This document shows, in pieces, positions 12,470-25,900 of a DNA stretch of 64,000 nucleotides. The notes under the pieces were generated by a model, which saw only the letters and a list, made by a program, of their open reading frames with translations, did not search any database and was not told where the DNA came from. The stretch's first letter is position 1; each line of letters starts with the position of its first letter. Both the position numbers and the translations under genes were made by a program. Source of the stretch: Prorocentrum cordatum (lineage: Eukaryota); NCBI GenBank assembly GCA_963575745.1, contig CAUYUJ010000137.1:186001-250000 (forward strand). The letters run 5' to 3'.

Positions 12470-14370
12470 GTCGATGAGGTGTGGTAGGCATGCTGAGCCT
12501 GCCATGTGTTTCCCAGCTATCCCAAATATGGTGCGCGTCCTGGTGGGAGTGTCGGGCATTATGGCTTGGCGGTCTGAGGTGGTTTGGACAGTGTTGTGTT
12601 CTCGTGCGTGGTGTTGCGAGTCGCTTGGAGCTGTGCGTTGCGTCTGGTTGTTTCTTCTAGGTGCTCCTGGTAGTGCTGCTGATGACTACGGATTGTGCCC
12701 ACGTGCTGCTGTAGAAACGGGCCATCGATATCGTTGACGCGGAGCGTGTCGTACGTGTTGTCCTCTGCGGGCACTGGTGTGGAACCAGCTTGGCTGTCGT
12801 GCATCGGCGGTGGTGCCTCTGGCGGACAGTAGTCGCTGATGGTCGCGGTCTTGTGGTGGTATGTCGACGAGCCATAGAAACTGCGTCGATTGTGCCTGGT
12901 GACGAGCAGACAATAGGGACCTTGAGCTGTGGTGGTCGTGGGTGTTGGGGACTGCGCATCCTAATGTGGTCTGTGTGGCGGCTCTGTTGTGCTCTAGGTG
13001 TCGTAGCTCCTGCTCGCGCGTAGGTCGTCCTTGCCTCCTCTGGGAAGGTGGTCTGCTCCGTCGGATGAGGTGACGATAATATTGCAGTACTGGTGGGCAC
13101 ATACTGTCTACCCGTTATTGTGTAGGTGGCCCGTGGCTGCTAATCTTGTATAGCACTGCCGCCGCACTTGGTAAGAACACTGCCCAATCTCATCACGTGC
13201 AAGTCTGTAACCTCTGTGCCACCACTGTAAGTACCGTGCTGGTTATGGTGTCTGGTGTTGTTGTGCAACCCGAGCTTGTCGTGGATATGCTGGTTAGCAA
13301 TCCTTATGTCAATGCGGACATCAATCTCGTCGTTGCGCGTGTCCTGCATGTCGTCAGTCATGGCTCAGAGTCGTAGTCTAGGTGCTGCTGTCAGTCGTGG
13401 TGGTGATTGTGGTAAATGTCAATCTGTATTGTGGAGTACTTCGAGATGGGTCGCTTGGTAAGCTCAGCTGGCGGGACCGTGTGGCAAGACAGTGGTAGTG
13501 CCTGGGGTATGGTCGTAAAGGTGGGTGTGGTAGCACGTTCGGGTATGTGCTGCTGACGAAGTACCCTCTGTTGTACCAGGTGTCCAGAAGGAGATGGTCG
13601 TTGCGGATCTTGTGCGTGTAGATGTTCCTGCTGGAAACACTTGACTACATAATGCCAATTGTCCTCCTCCCAACTATCATCTAGGGAGGGGTATGCCGTC
13701 CACCCTGATTGGCAGTGCATGTCATACTAAGTTAGCTAAGGGTATGGTGGTAAGAATGTCAATGTTGTCACGGTCGCTATCATCGCTGCTCCGGATGTCG
13801 CCTGCAGGAACTGATGCGCATTTGGGAGTAGGCTTCGTCGCCAAGAGCGGCGACCCTGCGTTATGGTAGTCGGCTGGGTGTCGTGGGTCAACGTCTGTGG
13901 CTCGTGTGGATGCTGTCGCTGCAGGTGGAAGGGCCATTGGGAAAGATGTTGATACTGGCACTTTGGCGTTGGGTGGTGGTATTCGGAGTGGCGAAGTTGG
14001 CTGTCGTGATTAGCTGAATTGTTGCTTCCGTGGTTTCGGTGGTCGGAAGTCGATGTACGGGAAGATAAGGTGTTGTGTTGTAGGTGGTGCGTGCCCAACG
14101 CATCGAAACCGTAGCATATCCTGGTGTTCGTACTCCGTTTGCTCTACTCGTCGTCGCTCTCCTTATTGTTGCTACACCTGTGGTAGCATATAGGTGGCTG
14201 CCGCCCATGTTCACGTGGCACCCGTCGATCCTCCTCGGTGGCGGATGTCTGAAGGTGTCGCCCGTGGGGTGCGGCATGTGCATGATGGCCGTGGGTCTGT
14301 CTCATCGCGTGCACTGATTGGATGACGGGTGCAGTGTAGTGCTGTGGGTAGATTGTTATGATGGCCGTTG
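12470..14370 (-). pseudogene. Possible highly decayed RLE/CRE-type RT element
   Basis: MTDDMQ...KLGLHNNT...VTDLHVMRLGS resembles RT domains 5-7. Strong strand skew, many stops. Confidence 0.35.
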
Positions 14371-14979
14371 GTGAGGAATTCCTCCTCCTCCTCCTCCTCC
14401 TTCTCCTCCTTCCTCCTGCTCCTCTCTCCTCTTCCTTCTCCTCCTCCTCCTACTCCTCCTTGGATGTCTTGGATCGGCGCTGGGTTACCCTAGCGGCGCC
14501 TCTGGCACCGCCCTTGGCTGGCTGCACGCGCCAGGGAGGGAAAAGCAGCGCAGATCCAAATCCGCGCGGACCGTCAAAGTGTTATTTGTGTCAAGCCTCT
14601 CTGCATGTCGATGCGAGTGGGCACGCGGATGTCCATGAGTAAATACGCGTATGTGTAAACACATGTATTGCGGGTTCAATACATGTCACCGAGCGTGTGC
14701 GAGCGCATGCGTAGAACTTGTACCGATATATACACATATATGTATATATATATATATTCACACATACACACACACACACACTTGCGCGTAAAAGTATCGC
14801 ATACGCCAACATTCTCGAATATGGAGGTGCAGAATAAACAAAGCATGCACCGCCTTCGAAACACCCAGGTGAAGGCCGATATTCGCGACACCGACCTGTG
14901 CGACATTCAAGGGTAAACACATCACATAAGACCTTGTGTGATAACGCTGTCGTGCCAGAAGGTGACGCTATATGGCCCG

Positions 14980-15425
14980 TCACTTCAACTCCACCAGATA
15001 AGCTCTGTGTGGTAGGTCATTGTAGCCATTCTTGCCACCATGAGCGTACACTGGATTCCCAGGTGCAGAATCAGGGATGTGAAACCACGATACATCATTG
15101 TCGTCGTTGATAGAGTCAAAGAGGCCAGGCCTTCCATCGGGATAATACCCCAACAACCTCCCCGGTGCTACATACACAAACAAGTAATCAAGGACGTGGT
15201 GATGAGTGCTCTCAGCTCCCCCGCCCTGTCCTGGCCCAAGGTAAAAGTCCCAAGCACGGCAGTACCCGTTCTCGAAAACAAGAGACGTCCCAACACTAGT
15301 GGGGTATACTGCGCCAGCCAGCAGGCTGTCGACTTCGGACTGCGAGTGCCTCGGTGGCTGCCTCAGCTCGAACCAGATCTGCCTGTACGCGCGGCTCCCA
15401 GTGTTGCGAAGGTCCCAGACGACCC
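14980..15425 (-). CDS. Terminal exon of a tandem cupin-domain protein
   Basis: VWDLRNTG..YRQIWFELR (end of cupin 1), then VGTSLVFENGYCRAWDFYLGPG...HHHVLDYLFVYV...HGGKNG...RAYLVELK-stop. Pyrimidine tract and AG|G acceptor at 15427-15426. Confidence 0.8.
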
Positions 15426-15615
15426 CTGGCTCGATGGATCGAGGAAACAAAAACGGCACAAGCAGAAGCCTTCGGAGGCGAGCGTGGAATTCCTGGGTCT
15501 GCGCTGGACCCCCCTCCCCCCCTCCTAGCGCGGCGCCGCCAGGGGGGGCCCAGCGCCGACCCGGGAGAGATCCGCGCGGGCCTCTCCGAAATCCTGGATG
15601 TACGCAGACTTGCTC

Positions 15616-15657
15616 CTTCGAGCTGAAGAAGGCCTGCTTGTCCTCCACCGCAGCCGC
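15616..15657 (-). CDS. Internal exon of the cupin gene (AAVEDKQAFFSSK)
   Basis: ccttttagttcccccacag|G acceptor and probable AAG|GA donor. Phase to the next exon is ambiguous (alternative acceptor or a small frameshift). Confidence 0.55.
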
Positions 15658-17924
15658 CTGTGGGGGAACTAAAAGGTAACGATGCAGCGCAGCCATTCCC
15701 CGGACCTCTCCCGGGGTGCGTTCTGACCAGAATTTCGAGGAGAATCCAGCGGTGGCGACGAGGGCCTTCCAGGGGGCCCCACAAGGCGAAATCGAAGGAA
15801 GGGTGGCAGTATGCGTACCTCCACAGATGCGCGATGCCCTGATACCTGATTCTTTCAATACGGGCTCCCCGAAAGTCTCGACCCTCTGGGCCAGTTTATC
15901 ATCCCGAAGTGCTGTTTCACAGCCCCGGGGCCCAGCGAGGGCCCCCAGATGCTGAAAACGGCCAAAACCCTTGGGCTGCGCGCTTCCACGACCGCGAGCG
16001 CATAGGTGAGCTTCCGCTGGCCCAGCGTCGACGGAGATGGCGATGACGAGACGAGGGCGACGAGGGCGACGAGGGCGACGAGGTGACGTCGAGGAGAATC
16101 CAGCGATGGCGAGCCTTCCTGGACGCCCCAAGACGGCCTAAAAGCGAGGGCAGGGCAACGGCATTGGATGCCTCGTTGCCTCGCCACGCAGCGCATGGTT
16201 GCGAATACGTTGCCGCATGATGTGCTGCAGGCATGCATGCATGTGCGTTTGTTGCGCCATCCGTAGCCGCCGAGGCTCGAATCTAGAAGCCAGGCTGAGG
16301 AAAAGAACTGCGAAAGCTGAGTGTGATGTTGGTTTCGTCGCTGCTCGAGCTGGTAGACATGGGGGCCAATGCAAACTGGGGTCGGCCAGAGCGCCGGATC
16401 TTGCAGGATCCTGCAAAGCAAGGGCCACACTGGTCTGGGCTAGCGCGCGTGATCGCGCCAAGTCCTGCAGGGTCTTGCACGATTCTGCCAAGCCCGACTG
16501 ACCCGGAATTCTGTTGACCCCGGTTAGCTGGGGGATGCAAAGGTGGGGTAGGGGTAATTCGAGGTGGGGATGGGGATGAACATCGCTCTAAACGGCTCCT
16601 GGAAGAAAGCCCTGCAGACGTCCAGCTGGGCTCGATCCGCAGAACCTCACCTTGGGATGACCCTCCCATCCCCGGGCCAGTGCAAGCCCGAGATCCTGCT
16701 CCGAGTCCCCCCCGACCCCCGATACCGAGTCTGCATGCTTCTGGACAGGTTGGAGCCGTCGGGCCACTATCGGCGATCAATGGGCGATTGGGGGTCGATG
16801 CATCCCCCCATAGGCCCAGGGTCGGGCTAACGGGGGTGGCAGGTTGCTTGGTAGGGTATCGAGCTTTGTGACACCGAACGCGCGCAGAAACAAGTGCAGG
16901 AATTCGCAAACCAAGCGCTCCTTCACTTCACGAATGTGCCAGCGTATCGAACGAAAACGGCACAACGAGCTGCAAGAAAGCAAGAACAACGCTTTCCTGC
17001 AATCGGTTTGGCCACGGACCGGGCTCACCCACAATGCCAAAACCTACCAAACCGTTACTCAGGAGGGAAAAAAACACACAGACACAATGAATCCTCGATT
17101 CCCCAGAAAATATGGGAAGATATGGGGAGTGGGGGGGAAGACAAAAATCCCAGAAAATATGGGAAAATATGGGGAATCGTTGTATTTGTGTGTATTTGTT
17201 TGTGTGTCCCAGTTCCCCTTCAGTTACGTGGAACACCGTTGGCCCGTCTACGGCTGCCCCCCCGCTGTTTTGCGGGCCGTCGCTCGGCTCTCCGGCGGCC
17301 GTTCGGGGCGATTCTGGCACCCTCCGGGCTCTCTTGGCGAGGCGCCGCTGCTGGAGAGCGCCCCGAGGCTGGAGAACCGCGGAGAACCAGCGGAACCCGA
17401 GGGAAACCTTGACGCTCGAAGGCTGTCCTCGAAACGTTGCCCCCCTGAGCCTATCCCCCCCTGCCGTGGCCTTAGCGGTGGCAATTCATGGGAGCCTCCC
17501 ATGACATCCTGCTGGCTCGTGCGAATCGACGCCAGTCGACGCTAACTCGACGCTAATCGACGCTGAGTCGACGCTACTCGACGCTAACCGACGCAAAGCA
17601 GCACCATCCCATCCACTCCCAGACGCTCATCGACGCTAGTCGACGCTGAAAACAAAGTTAAGAGGGTACACCAGGCTCCCATGATTTGCTGCAGATGGGG
17701 GGCAACGGCAACGATAGGGGGGGATGGGCGTAGGAGGCGATTCATCGACCTGGAATCGGCGATGCATCGTCGATAGATCGGCGATGGGCCCCAGATAGTG
17801 AATCCGCACCGACCTGGGCGGAGTGGGGTCGTCGGGCTCTTATCGGCGATCCATAGTGCGTCCCCCCCTGTGCCTATGCCCCCCTATCGTTGCCCCTGAG
17901 CAGAGCGTTGACCCTGATATGAGC

Positions 17925-17971
17925 CTCCGCTGGCCCGCCGTCGACGGAGAGCGCGTGGGAGCCCGCGCCAA
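17925..17971 (-). CDS. Internal coding segment of the cupin gene (GAGSHALSVDGGPAE)
   Basis: Ends at a GAG|GC donor in phase 0 with the 15657 exon. Continues RWQV from across the 17972-18110 insertion. Confidence 0.55.
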
Positions 17972-18110
17972 TGATGGGCCCATTTTCCACCACCACTACC
18001 ATTTGTAGGAGGAGGAGGAGGACGAGAAGGATGAGGAGGACGAGGACCTACTCATCCTTCCTTCTCCCCCGTCCTCCATATGGTGTTGGTGGTGGATCAT
18101 TTGCCCATCA
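17972..18110. mobile_element. 139-bp hairpin element within cupin coding sequence (Introner-like)
   Basis: TIR tgatgggc/gcccatca, longer imperfect inverted arms, 5-bp TSD gccaa/gccca. Confidence 0.7.
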
Positions 18111-18200
18111 GCCCACCTGCCAGCGCAGGGTCGGGCGAGCGGCGCGGGCGCCGCGGAGGCGGCCCCGCGGGGGCAGCAGCAGCTCCAGGACACGCACACG
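18111..18200 (-). CDS. Upstream coding segment of the cupin gene (RVRVLELLLPPRG...RPTLRWQVG)
   Basis: Matches the start of a cupin repeat and parallels CRAWDFYLGPG of the second domain. 5' boundary not defined. Confidence 0.55.
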
Positions 18201-19675
18201 GGCCGGGGGACGCCGGGCACGCACCAGCACAAGAACGAAGCCAGGGCTAGGAGAACTTCGGGTGAGGATACATCGAGAGTCGCTGAGATCCGTCCTACTC
18301 CTTCTCCTCCTCCTCCTCCTTCTCCTCCTCCTCATCTCCAAATCCTCCTCCCTCTCCTCCTCCTCCTCCTCCTCTCCTCCCTCCTCCTCCTCCTCCTCCT
18401 CCTCCTCCTCCTCCTCCTCCTCCTCCTCCTCCTCCTCCTCCTCCTCCTCCTCCTCCCCCTCCCCCTCATGGTCGTCGTCGATGTCTTTCAGGGTCGGCAA
18501 CACCGGCCGTCAGGCCTTCACAATCCCTGAGATCCGTCCGCTCTGGATCGGGTGTTTTGCTAGCAGTGCTCATGGACCAAGGTGCCCCTGGGGCCCTCTG
18601 GGCCTCGTGAGGGGTGCTCTGGAGGCCGTCTGGGCCACCCCGAGATCCCTGGGGGTACCATGTGCCAGGGGCACTTCCAGCAACACCCGACTGGAGGATG
18701 TCTCTGGCGCCGCGGCCTTCGCAGAGAGTTCTGGAGCGCTCCGAGAGTGTTCCGAAACGCTCTGGAACCAAATTATCCTCGTCCTAGCCCCGTCCGACAG
18801 CAGTCTGCGGGCAATCTTATATCCATGTTCAGCGGCGAGCGAGGGGGAAAGTGAGAAGGAGAAGGCCCTCTCAGAAGGCGGCGGGATGTTTGAGAAGTTG
18901 TCTGTGCTTTGAGAAGTTGTCGAACATATATTTGAAGGCTGGGGGACTTCCGAGCCTTATGTGGGACTCACAAGGGCATGGTAGTACTATGTGTCCTACT
19001 CGGAGGCGTGCGTCCGACACCGATCTTGTAATAGATCGTTTTCCGAGCGGTACGGCCAGAAAGCGCTCACCACGACGCATATACTATAAGATTTCTCTGT
19101 GCGCGCGTTGCCCCTGGGGGGGCGACGCCCACACATAGTATTAGTATGTTGGGGTGCCGCCGATTCTGAGAAGGCCCGCCCCTTCTCGCTTCCCCCCCCT
19201 GGATTCGCCGCCGGATATCCAGTGCGTCTTGGACTTTCTTGGAAGAAGCGCCGCAAGGCCGAGGCGCAGTGGACATGGCAAAAAATCGAGCCTCCGGAGG
19301 CCAGATGTTTCTCCATATCTTGTGCGCCTCGGGCTTCTGGGAAAGGATGTCCGAAACCACACGCTGCACTGGATATGGACACAAGTCTTGCACGCACAGT
19401 CAACCCATAGTGAAATCAGTCGTCAAATCCATGGCAGACCTATAGTCACCCGTGGTGTCGTCCAGACCAAAAGAGAATGGCCAGGCCGATATAAGGATAC
19501 AACACCATATATCCAGAGTGCGGACGCAAGGTAACAATACAAAACCCTTGGAGGTTCTATGTGGAGCACCTCGGACGTCAAAACTTGCTCGGGATGGGCC
19601 GAAGAAGCAGGGATACAAGGGGAGCCTCGATGAAACAGTGAATCCGTACCAACGCTTTTGACAATAATTCAAGAT

Positions 19676-19880
19676 TTATGTTGCTCCCATCGTACTTAAG
19701 TACCGCATCCCAGAAAAATAATCGAGCATTCAGACAAGTATCGAAAAGAGTGTCGAAACAGTGTCGGACGAGTGTCTCCCAGGGCCCGACACGTGAGAAC
19801 CCTCGAGTTTCGGTACTTTTTCCTGGTGCTCGAAATTCTTCCTGGCGCTCAAGACTAAAGATAGGTTGGAACATCAGCAT
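19676..19880. mobile_element. ~200-bp MITE, homologous to 27789-27979
   Basis: Shared ttatgttgc-cccatcgtacttaag...gtgctcgaaattct...ataggttggaacatca. Confidence 0.7.
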
Positions 19881-20031
19881 TCTTGGTCACCTAACTTCGC
19901 GCATCGCAGCCCGCGATGCTCGGCGCGCGGTTATCTTCGCGCCTGCGCACCGCCGCCCTGAAGCACGGCACCTCTGCAACCCAGAGCCGCGATGACCGAA
20001 GCGCGATCATCTTTCCGCCCGATCAAAGTGG

Positions 20032-20077
<46 letters not shown>

Positions 20078-20100
20078 CCAACAACACCAACACCAACACC

Positions 20101-20132
<32 letters not shown>

Positions 20133-20152
20133 CCGTAAGCATACAATATTCG
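20032..20152. repeat. (AAC)n microsatellite
   Basis: Visible directly. Confidence 0.95.
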
Positions 20153-22786
20153 AAGGGCCACGCGGAACTCACGGATCAACGGTGGACCCCCCTCCCTGGT
20201 GGGGAAAACACTGGGTACCAATACCGCTGCTCCCCGGAACTCTCCCAGGGTGCGTTCTGACCAAAATTTCGAGGCGAATCCAGCGGTGGCGACGAGAGCC
20301 TCCCTCGGACATTGGCAGAACTGGATTTAGTGGGACATGGTTCACATGATGTCTACCGTGGGGCGCCCCCCCCGTTCCATTCCACTAACCGGACTTGCCC
20401 TAATCCGAAGAGCATCACATCAGCTACGGCAGACCTGGTTCAGGGATCCCAATCCATCTCTTGGGTTTCGGGGACCAACCACTAACCGGCTCCCCTCAAC
20501 CAGGGTCCTGGCTACACCCGACTCCCAGGAGGCCCCAAAAGGCGACATCGAGGGAAGGGCAGCGGCATCGGTACCCCGTTCCTCCGCTGACCGGCGCGAG
20601 GAGCGCGCCAGGGGCGGCGCCACGAGGCACCGCCAGGGGGGTCCAGCGCGGCTGGGGGAAGCGCGGCTCGGCCAGCCGGTGGCGCGGCGGCCAGCGGGGG
20701 ATCCGCATCCCCCTCCGGGGCCCGCGCACATTCCGGGGGGCCCGCGCGAAGTTCTTCGACCTGTGGCCATCTATGCACTCGTCTCTGCTTCTTCGAGGTC
20801 ATGGTCCCAAGACCGAAGAAACCAAGAGGTACAGGCACCGCTACTCCCTGGACCTCTCCCGGGGTGCGTTCTGCAGAGAATTCCGAGGAGAATCCAGCGG
20901 CAGCAACGAGGGCCTCCGAGGAGGCCCACCAAGGGGAGAAGAGGCCAAATGCCAGCGGAGTGGGTAGCTCTGCCTCCACTGAGGGGCTTGCGCATGCGCC
21001 CTCCTGGCGTGGGCAGGAGTACAGGGGCCCTGGGACACACAATTCAAAAGACATAAATCCCAGGATCCCCCACATTTTCATATATATGTTCTGGGCTTCT
21101 GTCGCCCCCCTCACTTCCCACATTCTCGCAGATTTTCCTAGGAACCGACGGTTGATCTTGGAAGGAGGGCGATCGACAGGACTCCTGGGCCCAGGGACGG
21201 GCCCCTCTGGCGAGGGTCGGCGAGCTGATGCCTGGCCTCCGCCCCCCCACGGGCGTTCTCGAAGAGGACGCGGGGGCACGTCCCGGCAGCAGCTTAGAGG
21301 CCTCTGCAGATGGGGTCGGAGCAGATTGCTGTTGGGGCATTGGCAGAACTTGGCTTCGTGGGGCCCAATTCAATCATTTGTACTAGGGGGGCGCCCCTCC
21401 CCCGCCCCGTTCCACGAACCGGAACTGCCGTCACCCGACAAAAAAACACCAGCTACGGCAGACCTGGCTTAATGATTCTGGCCAATTTAGGGGCTCCAGG
21501 GCCCTACTAGGTCCCCTTACCTGGGGTCCTGGCCATACCCGAAATATTTTCAATGGGAAAAAAAATGATCCACCAAATCCCCGGACAACCCGTGCAAGAT
21601 GCTCACCAGAAGCGTCCCAGCATGTGGCTGTGGCTGGCGCTCGAGAGGCAGCACACTATCCACTTAGGGACGTGGCCGCAGCTGAGGTGAGCAGCAGGGG
21701 ATTTAGCGACCCACTTCCCTGACTTCGGGGGGAGGTTTCGACTGGGCCCGAACTCTGGGGCCCCAACCCTGGGATATCCATGGGGGGGCGTCCTCCCTCG
21801 ATAGGGGTGCGCCCGAGTAGCCTCGGGGGGGCTGTCCCAGAGCCCCCCCCCCGCCCCTCCCCCCCTTTTGCTGAACGGCCAGACTTTTCGAGAGGAGCTC
21901 GGGGATCGGCGGAGAAAACTCGCCTGCGGTAGATGGGATTGGAAGATCGCGCAGCATCGTTGATGCATGCCGATAAATCGGCGCCGTCGGCGATGCATCG
22001 GCGACACCAGCGCGGAGAAGATCCGGTTCCGCATCGCACCGCATCGCTGATGCATCGGCGATGCGGCGCGAGCCTCCGCGATCCCTCTTGGGGACGCGAC
22101 AAGGTACTGACACCGCTACACTACGGACCTCCCAGGGTGCGCTCTCACCAGAATTCCGAGGCGAATGCAGCGGTGGCGAGAAGGGTTCCCCAGGAGGTCC
22201 ACAAGGGCAACAACGAGGCATGGATAGCTGCATCGCTACGGTAGGTTCGAGCAGCGTCGGCGCGCGCACAGGGCTTCGACATCGCATCGATCGTTCAGCC
22301 TTGGACGGATCGCGGCCTCGATTGATCAAGGTTGAATTCCGTCGGGTCCAGCGGCATCACCGTGTCCCTCGGTGCTTCCGCGTCGCACCATCGTGCGGAA
22401 TTCAGCCTTGAACTCCTTCGCCTGCGTCGCCGGCGCGCCATCGCAGCATTAACCTACCTATACCCCTTCCTACTACTAACCAGACCACCCAAACCCAACC
22501 CGAAGGCCCGAATTTCGGGTTGGGGGGGATATGGGTTCCAGGCCTTCGGGTTGGGTTGGGGTGGTTTGGAGGGTGGTGACCTTCCTCCTCTGGCAACCAT
22601 TCCGCCCCCATCTCGGAGGCCTCTGTCAAGCAGTGGCGAAGCGTCCTGGCTCGCCTATGGGCCCACAGAAAAATGCTCTAAGAAACTTTTGTGGTCTGCG
22701 CGAAATGTTATTGCCCACATGCTTCGTGGGGTTCCGGTTTTCTTCCCTGCCGCGCCGCGCCCGCGACACACACCTCACTCCTCGTA

Positions 22787-22935
22787 CAGCACAGCTCAGC
22801 TCAGCACAGCACAGCACAGCACATCACAGCACAGCACATCACAGCACACAGCTCAGCTCAGCTCGGCACACAACACAGCTCAGCACAGCTCAGCACAGCC
22901 CAGCACGGCCCAGCTCAGCACAGCACAGCACAGCT
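22787..22935. repeat. (CAGCA/CAGCT)n pentanucleotide repeat
   Basis: Visible directly; abuts the 90-bp satellite. Confidence 0.9.
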
Positions 22936-25900
22936 CGTGGCACTTTCTCGACACCACAGGGGGTGCGCAGGGGTTGGTCTCTCAGCTCGGCCGCTATCCA
23001 CGACACTGGCGCAAAACCTAGCAGGCGTGGCACTCTCTCGACACCAAAGGGGGTGGGCAGGGGGTGGTCTCTCAGCTCGGCCGCTATCCACGACACTGGC
23101 GCAAAGGCTAGCAGGCGTGGCACTTTCTCGACACCACAGGGGGTGCGCAGGGGGTGGTCTCTCAGCTCGGCCGCTATCCACGACACTGGCGCAAAGGCTA
23201 GCAGGCGTGGCACTTTCTCGACACCACAGGGGGTGCGCAGGGGGTGGTCTCTCAGCTCGGCCGCTATCCACGACACTGGCGCAAAGCCTAGCAGGCGTGG
23301 CACTTTCTCGACACCACAGGGGGTGCGCAGGGGGTGGTCTCTCAGCTCGGCCGCTATCCACGACACTGGCGCAAAGCCTAGCAGGCGTGGCACTTTCTCG
23401 ACACCACAGGGGGTGCGCAGGGGGTGGTCTCTCAGCTCGGCCGCTATCCACGACACTGGCGCAAAGCCTAGCAGGCGTGGCACTTTCTCGACACCACAGG
23501 GGGTGCGCAGGGGGTGGTCTCTCAGCTCGGCCGCTATCCACGACACTGGCGCAAAGACACTGGCGCAAAGCCTAGCAGGCGTGGCACTTTCTCGACACCA
23601 CAGGGGGTGCGCAGGGGGTGGTCTCTCAGCTCGGCCGCTATCCACGACACTGGCGCAAAACCTAGCAGGCGTGGCACTTTCTCGACACCACAGGGGGTGC
23701 GCAGGGGGTGGTCTCTCAGCTCGGCCGCTATCCACGACACTGGCGCAAAGCCTAGCAGGCGTGGCACTTTCTCGACACCACAGGGGGTGCGCAGGGGGTG
23801 GTCTCTCAGCTCGGCCGCTATCCACGACACTGGCGCAAAGCCTAGCAGGCGTGGCACTTTCTCGACACCACAGGGGGTGCGCAGGGGGTGGTCTCTCAGC
23901 TCGGCCGCTATCCACGACACTGGCGCAAAGGCCTAGCAGGCGTGGCACTTTCTCGACACCACAGGGGGTGCGCAGGGGGTGGTCTCTCAGCTCGGCCGCT
24001 ATCCACGACACTGGCGCAAAGCCTAGCAGGCGTGGCACTTTCTCGACACCACAGGGGGTGCGCAGGGGGTGGTCTCTCAGCTCGGCCGCTATCCACGACA
24101 CTGGCGCAAAGCCTAGCAGGCGTGGCACTTTCTCGACACCACAGGGGGTGGGCAGGGGGTGGTCTCTCAGCTCGGCCGCTATCCACGACACTGGCGCAAA
24201 GCCTAGCAGGCGTGGCACTTTCTCGACACCACAGGGGGTGCGCAGGGGGTGGTCTCTCAGCTCGGCCGCTATCCACGACACTGGCGCAAAGCCTAGCAGG
24301 CGTGGCACTTTCTCGACACCACAGGGGGTGCGCAGGGGGTGGTCTCTCAGCTCGGCCGCTATCCACGACACTGGCGCAAAGCCTAGCAGGCGTGGCACTT
24401 TCTCGACACCACAGGGGGTGCGCAGGGGGTGGTCTCTCAGCTCGGCCGCTATCCACGACACTGGCGCAAAGCCTAGCAGGCGTGGCACTTTCTCGACACC
24501 ACAGGGGGTGCGCAGGGGGTGGTCTCAGCTCGGCCGCTATCCACGACACTGTAGCAAACAGGGGGTGGTCTCTCAGCGGCCGCTATCCACGACACTGGCG
24601 CAAAGCCTAGCAGATGGCACTCTCAGCTCGATCCACGACACTGGCAAAGGCAGGCGTGGCACTTTCTCGACACCACAGGGGGTGGCAGGGGGTGGTCTCT
24701 CAGCTCGGCCGCTATCCACGACACTGGCGCAAAGCTAGCAGGCGTGGCACTTTCTCGACACCACAGGGGGTGCGCAGGGGGTGGTCTCTCAGCTCGGCCG
24801 CTATCCACGACACTGGCGCAAAGCCTAGCAGGCGTGGCACTTTCTCGACACCACAGGGGGTGCGCAGGGGGTGGTCTCTCAGCTCGGCCGCTATCCACGA
24901 CACTGGCGCAAAGCCTCCACAGGCGTGGCACTTTCTCGACACCACAGGGGGTGCGCAGGGGGTGGTCTCTCAATCCACGACACTGGCGCAAAGCAGCAGG
25001 CGTGGCACTTTCTCGACACCACAGGGGGTGCGCAGGGGGTGGTCTCTCAGCTCGGCCGCTATCCACGACACTGGCGCAAAGCCTAGCAGGCGTGGCACTT
25101 TCTCGACACCAAAGGGGGTGCGCAGGGGGTGGTCTCTCAGCTCGGCCGCTATCCACGACACTGGCGCAAAGCCTAGCAGGCGTGGCACTTTCTCGACACC
25201 ACACGGGGTGCGCAGGGGGTGGTCTCTCAGCTCGGCCGCTATCCACGACACTGGCGCAAACCTAGCAAGCGTGGCACTTTCTCGACACCACAGGGGGTGC
25301 GCAGGGGGTGGTCTCTCAGCTCGGCCGCTATCCACGACACTGGCGCAAAGCCTAGCAGGCGTGGCACTTTCTCGACACCACAGGGGGTGGGCAGGGGGTG
25401 GTCTCTCAGCTCGGCCGCTATCCACGACACTGGCGCAAAGCCTAGCAGGCGTGGCACTTTCTCGACACCACAGGGGGTGCGCAGGGGGTGGTCTCTCAGC
25501 TCGGCCGCTATCCACGACACTGGCGCAAAGCCTAGCAGGCGTGGCACTTTCTCGACACCACAGGGGGTGCGCAGGGGGTGGTCTCTCAGCTCGGCCGCTA
25601 TCCACGACACTGGCGCAAAGCCTAGCAGGCGTGGCACTTTCTCGACACCACAGGGGGTGCGCAGGGGGTGGTCTCTCAGCTCGGCCGCTATCCACGACAC
25701 TGGCGCAAAGCCTAGCAGGCGTGGCACTTTCTCGACACCACAGGGGGTGCGCAGGGGGTGGCACAGTGGTCGCTAGACGACACTGGTAAAGACACTGCGC
25801 AGCTCTCAGGCCGCTATCCACGACACTGGCGCAAAGCCTAGCAGGCGTGGCACTTTCTCGACACCAAAGGGGGTGGGCAGGGGGTGGTCTCTCAGCTCGG

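Noticed and set aside
16260..16281. Spliced-leader relic (ccgtagccgccgaggctcgaa)
   Set aside because: The central ATTTT is entirely mismatched, so the match is too weak.
22936..23025. Hammerhead ribozyme in the reverse strand of the satellite unit (CTGAGAGA...GAGAAA)
   Set aside because: The core does not fit CUGANGA/GAAA spacing, and stems I and III are not evident.
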